From Centroscyllium fabricii (taxonomy: Eukaryota): a stretch of DNA of 64,000 nt. Shown here piece by piece: positions 61,096 to 64,000 of this stretch. The notes beneath the pieces were generated by a model. The model saw only the letters and a list, made by a program, of their open reading frames with translations. It was not told the origin of the DNA and made no database searches. The stretch is from assembly GCA_051313645.2 (NCBI GenBank), contig JBNRSN020000002.1, positions 219,666,001-219,730,000 of the forward strand, written 5' to 3'. The first letter of the stretch is position 1. The number at the start of each line of letters is the position of its first letter. Made by a program: the position numbers and the translations under genes.

Positions 61096-64000
61096 TGTAG
61101 AGGCATGCAGGGCCGAAGAACCACACTGGACACAGATGAGTCGGAAGGTTAACATTTATTGTTACTGCAGCTAGGGCTAGGTGGAAAAGAGACTGAGCCA
61201 CCTGGAGCCCAGGTATTTAAAGGTCCCGCCGTAGGTGACGTCACTGCCGGGTCTCCACCTGGCGACGTCATCACGCCGGAAGTCGCGGTGACGTCAGCAC
61301 GCCGCCCGGTGGGCGGGACCGCCTTGCAGCGCTCCCGATGCGGGTTCGATGTTGCTGGTGGGCGTGTCGCCACACAGCTCCCCCCCAGAATCCGTGAGGG
61401 AGAGCGAGGCTAGACCTAGAGGAGAAGGAGACATAAAGGAGAGCACACACAAATTTCGAGTATAACATGGAATGTCCGGCGGTTTGCCGAGGTGGCCTGA
61501 TGGTGTGGCCCGCACGTGTCGTGCGCTGTTCCATGTTCCGAATGCGATGTTGAGGCGGGCTGATGATGTGGCCTGCACGTGTCGTCTCAGGCGAGGCGCT
61601 GAGGTGGCCTGATGATGCGGCCAGTACGTGTCGTGCACTGCTCCTTGTTCTGCGTAGGAGTGTGGGCGGGGTTTGGTGCGGTAGGGCGTCCGCGCTTTGG
61701 TGGCTGTGCGGGGACTGTTGTCTCGCCCGCCATTACGTGTGCCGGTTTGAGCCGGTCAATTGAGACAGTCTCGGCTCTATTGCCCATTTTAATTTGAAAA
61801 GTTTTGGGTCCCGCCCGAAGCACCCTGAATGGTCTGTCGTACGGTGGTTGTAGTGGTGTTCGATGTGCGTCGTGGCGGACAAACACATACTTGGCATTTT
61901 GGATGCTGTCTGGAACACGTGCTGCCGGCTGTCCGTGCCGGGCCACTGGAAGTGGTTTAAATGCGGCTGCCTGATTATTAAAGTCTTTGAGGCAGCGCTC
62001 GGCTGACCAGGGTTCGTTGGTTTCTGCCACAAACTCGCCCGGTACAGTTAATGGTTGGCCATAGACCAGTTCAGCTGCTGAGGCGTGCAGGTCTTCCTTG
62101 GCCGCTGAACGCAGGCCGAGCATTACCCAGGGTAGGCGGTCGGTCCAGGTCGCGTCTTGGAGGCTGGCTCGCAAGGAAGCTTTGAAGGATCGGTGGAACC
62201 GTTCGCAGAGGCCGTTGGCCTGAGGGTGGTAGGCGGTGGTTCGGTGCAGGGTTGCCCCGAGGTCGTGGGCAATGGTTGCCCATAGGGTTGAGGTAAATTG
62301 GGGGCCCCTGTCTGATGTGATGTCGGTGGGGACGCCAAAACGGGCGACCCAGGTGGCAATGAAGGCCCTGGCCAGGTCGGCGGTGGTGGTAGCGGTGAGG
62401 GGGACCGCTTCTGGCCAGCGGGTGGTGCGGTCGACCATCATTAAGATGTGTGAATGTCCACGTGATGGTGGTAGTGGTCCGACCAGGTCGACGTGTACAT
62501 GGCTGAAGCGTCTAGCTGGGATGGCGATGGTTTCGAGCGGTGCCTTGATGTGGGTGTGCACCTTGGCGCGCTGGCAGGCATTGCACGAGTTGGTCCAGGC
62601 GCGGACATCTTTGCGTAGGCCGCGCCAAACGAATCGCGCAGAGATGAGTTTGGTGGACGCGCGGACACTGGGCTGGGACAGGTCATGGAGGGTCTGGAAG
62701 ATGTGTCGCCTCCATGTGTGGGGGACGACGGGTCTGGGCTGGGGGAGGGAGATGTCGCAGCGGATCTCTGTGGCTGTGGGTCCGTGTGCTACGGTGGCCA
62801 AGAGCAGGCCGGGGAGGTTGGTGGTAGGGTCGAGCAGGTCAGGGTCGGTTAGTTGATCAGCCGCCATTTTGGCATAGTCGACGGCCGTTTGGACGGAGTT
62901 GATGGTGGGGCGTGAGAGGCAGTCAGCGACCACGTTGTCGCGGCCGGCGATGTGCTGGATGTCGGTCGTGAATTCCGACACAGCCGCGAGCTGGCGCTGC
63001 TGCCTGGCCGACCAGGGTTCAGAGATCTTGGCCATTGCGGACACAAGTGGCTTGTGATCCACGAAGGCTGTGAAGTGGCGGCCCTCTAGGAGGAAGCGGA
63101 AGTGGCACACCGCGAGGTAGAGAGCGAGTAGCTCCCTATCGAAGACGCTGTACTTGACCTCCGGGGGCCGGAGTTGTCGGCTGAAGAAGGCCAGGGGCTG
63201 CCAGGAGTCGCCCGTCCACTGCTGAAAGACTGCTCCGACAGCGTGGTCGGAGGCGTCGGTGGTGAGGGCTACTCTGGCGTTGGGCCTAGGGTGGCTGAGG
63301 AGCGTGGCGTTGGCCAGGGCAGTTTTGGTTGCGGTAAAGGCGGTGGAGGCTTCGGCCGTCCACTCGACCGCGGCCTTGTTGGACTGCCCGCGGGTGGCGT
63401 GGTAGAGGGGGGCCATGAGAGCGGCTGCTCGGGGGATGAAACGGTTGTAAAAGTTAACCATCCCAAGGAATTCCTGCAGCCCCTTGATGGAGTGCGGGCG
63501 GGGAAATTCCTGGACCGCCTGCACCTTGGAGGGCAGGGGTATGGCCCCGGTCTGGGAGATGTGGTGGCCGAGGAAGTCGATAGCCTCGAGGCCGAATCGA
63601 CACTTGGAGGGGCTTAATATCAGGCCGTGTTCGGCCAGACGGTTGAAAAGGGCCCTGAGATGGACGAGGTGTTCCTGGGGGGAGGCGCTGGCCACGAGGA
63701 TGTCGTCGAGATCGACGAACGTGAACTGCAAGTCCCGTAGGACCGAGTCCATGAGGCGCTGGAAGGCCTGGGCCGCGTTTTTGAGTCCGAAGGGCATTCG
63801 GAGGAATTCGAACAGGCCGAATGGGGTAATGACGGCTGTCTTAGGGACGTCCGCCGGGTGCACCGGTACCTGGTGGTAGCCCCGTACCAGGTCGATCTTG
63901 GAAAAGACCGTGCAGCCGGCTAGCCTGGCTGAGAAATCTTGGATGTGGGGGACGGGGTACCTGTCCGGGGTGGTGGCGTTGTTGAGGCGGCAGTAGTCTC
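61096..64000 (-). mobile_element. Second CsRn1-clade Gypsy element, 3' half (3' LTR 61096-61374), continuing past the window
   Basis: PPT junction GGGGGGGAGCTG|TGTGGC matches that of the first copy. TG..CA LTR with AATAAA on the minus strand. Confidence 0.88.
61587..64000 (-). CDS. Gypsy pol (RT-RNaseH-integrase), open frame to the window edge
   Basis: ORF of at least 758 aa, clearly homologous to 12094-14590. The RT motif reads DLDD instead of YLDD. Confidence 0.85.
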   Translation of the reverse strand, partial: DYCRLNNATTPDRYPVPHIQDFSARLAGCTVFSKIDLVRGYHQVPVHPADVPKTAVITPFGLFEFLRMPFGLKNAAQAFQRLMDSVLRDLQFTFVDLDDILVASASPQEHLVHLRALFNRLAEHGLILSPSKCRFGLEAIDFLGHHISQTGAIPLPSKVQAVQEFPRPHSIKGLQEFLGMVNFYNRFIPRAAALMAPLYHATRGQSNKAAVEWTAEASTAFTATKTALANATLLSHPRPNARVALTTDASDHAVGAVFQQWTGDSWQPLAFFSRQLRPPEVKYSVFDRELLALYLAVCHFRFLLEGRHFTAFVDHKPLVSAMAKISEPWSARQQRQLAAVSEFTTDIQHIAGRDNVVADCLSRPTINSVQTAVDYAKMAADQLTDPDLLDPTTNLPGLLLATVAHGPTATEIRCDISLPQPRPVVPHTWRRHIFQTLHDLSQPSVRASTKLISARFVWRGLRKDVRAWTNSCNACQRAKVHTHIKAPLETIAIPARRFSHVHVDLVGPLPPSRGHSHILMMVDRTTRWPEAVPLTATTTADLARAFIATWVARFGVPTDITSDRGPQFTSTLWATIAHDLGATLHRTTAYHPQANGLCERFHRSFKASLRASLQDATWTDRLPWVMLGLRSAAKEDLHASAAELVYGQPLTVPGEFVAETNEPWSAERCLKDFNNQAAAFKPLPVARHGQPAARVPDSIQNAKYVFVRHDAHRTPLQPPYDRPFRVLRAGPKTFQIKMGNRAETVSIDRLKPAHVMAGETTVPAQPPKRGRPTAPNPAHTPTQNKEQCTTRTGRIIRPPQRLA

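Larger units (their letters stand above)
1318..64000 (-). other. Large phase-0 intron of KLHL5 upstream of the exon, continuing beyond the window
   Basis: The exon starts on a full codon (TTT). I found no upstream BACK-domain exon (expected ...IRLPLLxPQ) by eye or in the ORF track. Confidence 0.7.

Overview
Eukaryotic (vertebrate) DNA, very probably a shark or other elasmobranch, judging by HE1/V-SINEs, Deu-domain SINEs and CR1 LINEs with esterase ORF1. The window holds one 187-nt coding exon of KLHL5 on the minus strand (1131-1317). I found no other KLHL5 exon, so the upstream intron appears to span more than 62 kb, and most of it is recognisable transposable-element sequence, often nested. 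Highlights: (1) a Mag-type Gypsy LTR element (6267-16836) that, once four nested insertions are removed, encodes Gag-protease followed by a coiled-coil tail and has no RT, RNase H or integrase; (2) an apparently intact autonomous Harbinger transposon (32763-36835) with a transposase and a spliced MADF gene whose phase-0 intron is frame-compatible with the KLHL5 intron, plus a cognate MITE (49148-49824) and an inserted Penelope fragment with a hammerhead-like motif; (3) two CsRn1-clade Gypsy elements; (4) a decayed HARBI1-like Harbinger with deletion derivatives; (5) many CR1, L2, Rex1, SINE, MITE and solo-LTR pieces. Family assignments come from motifs read by eye. No database search was run.
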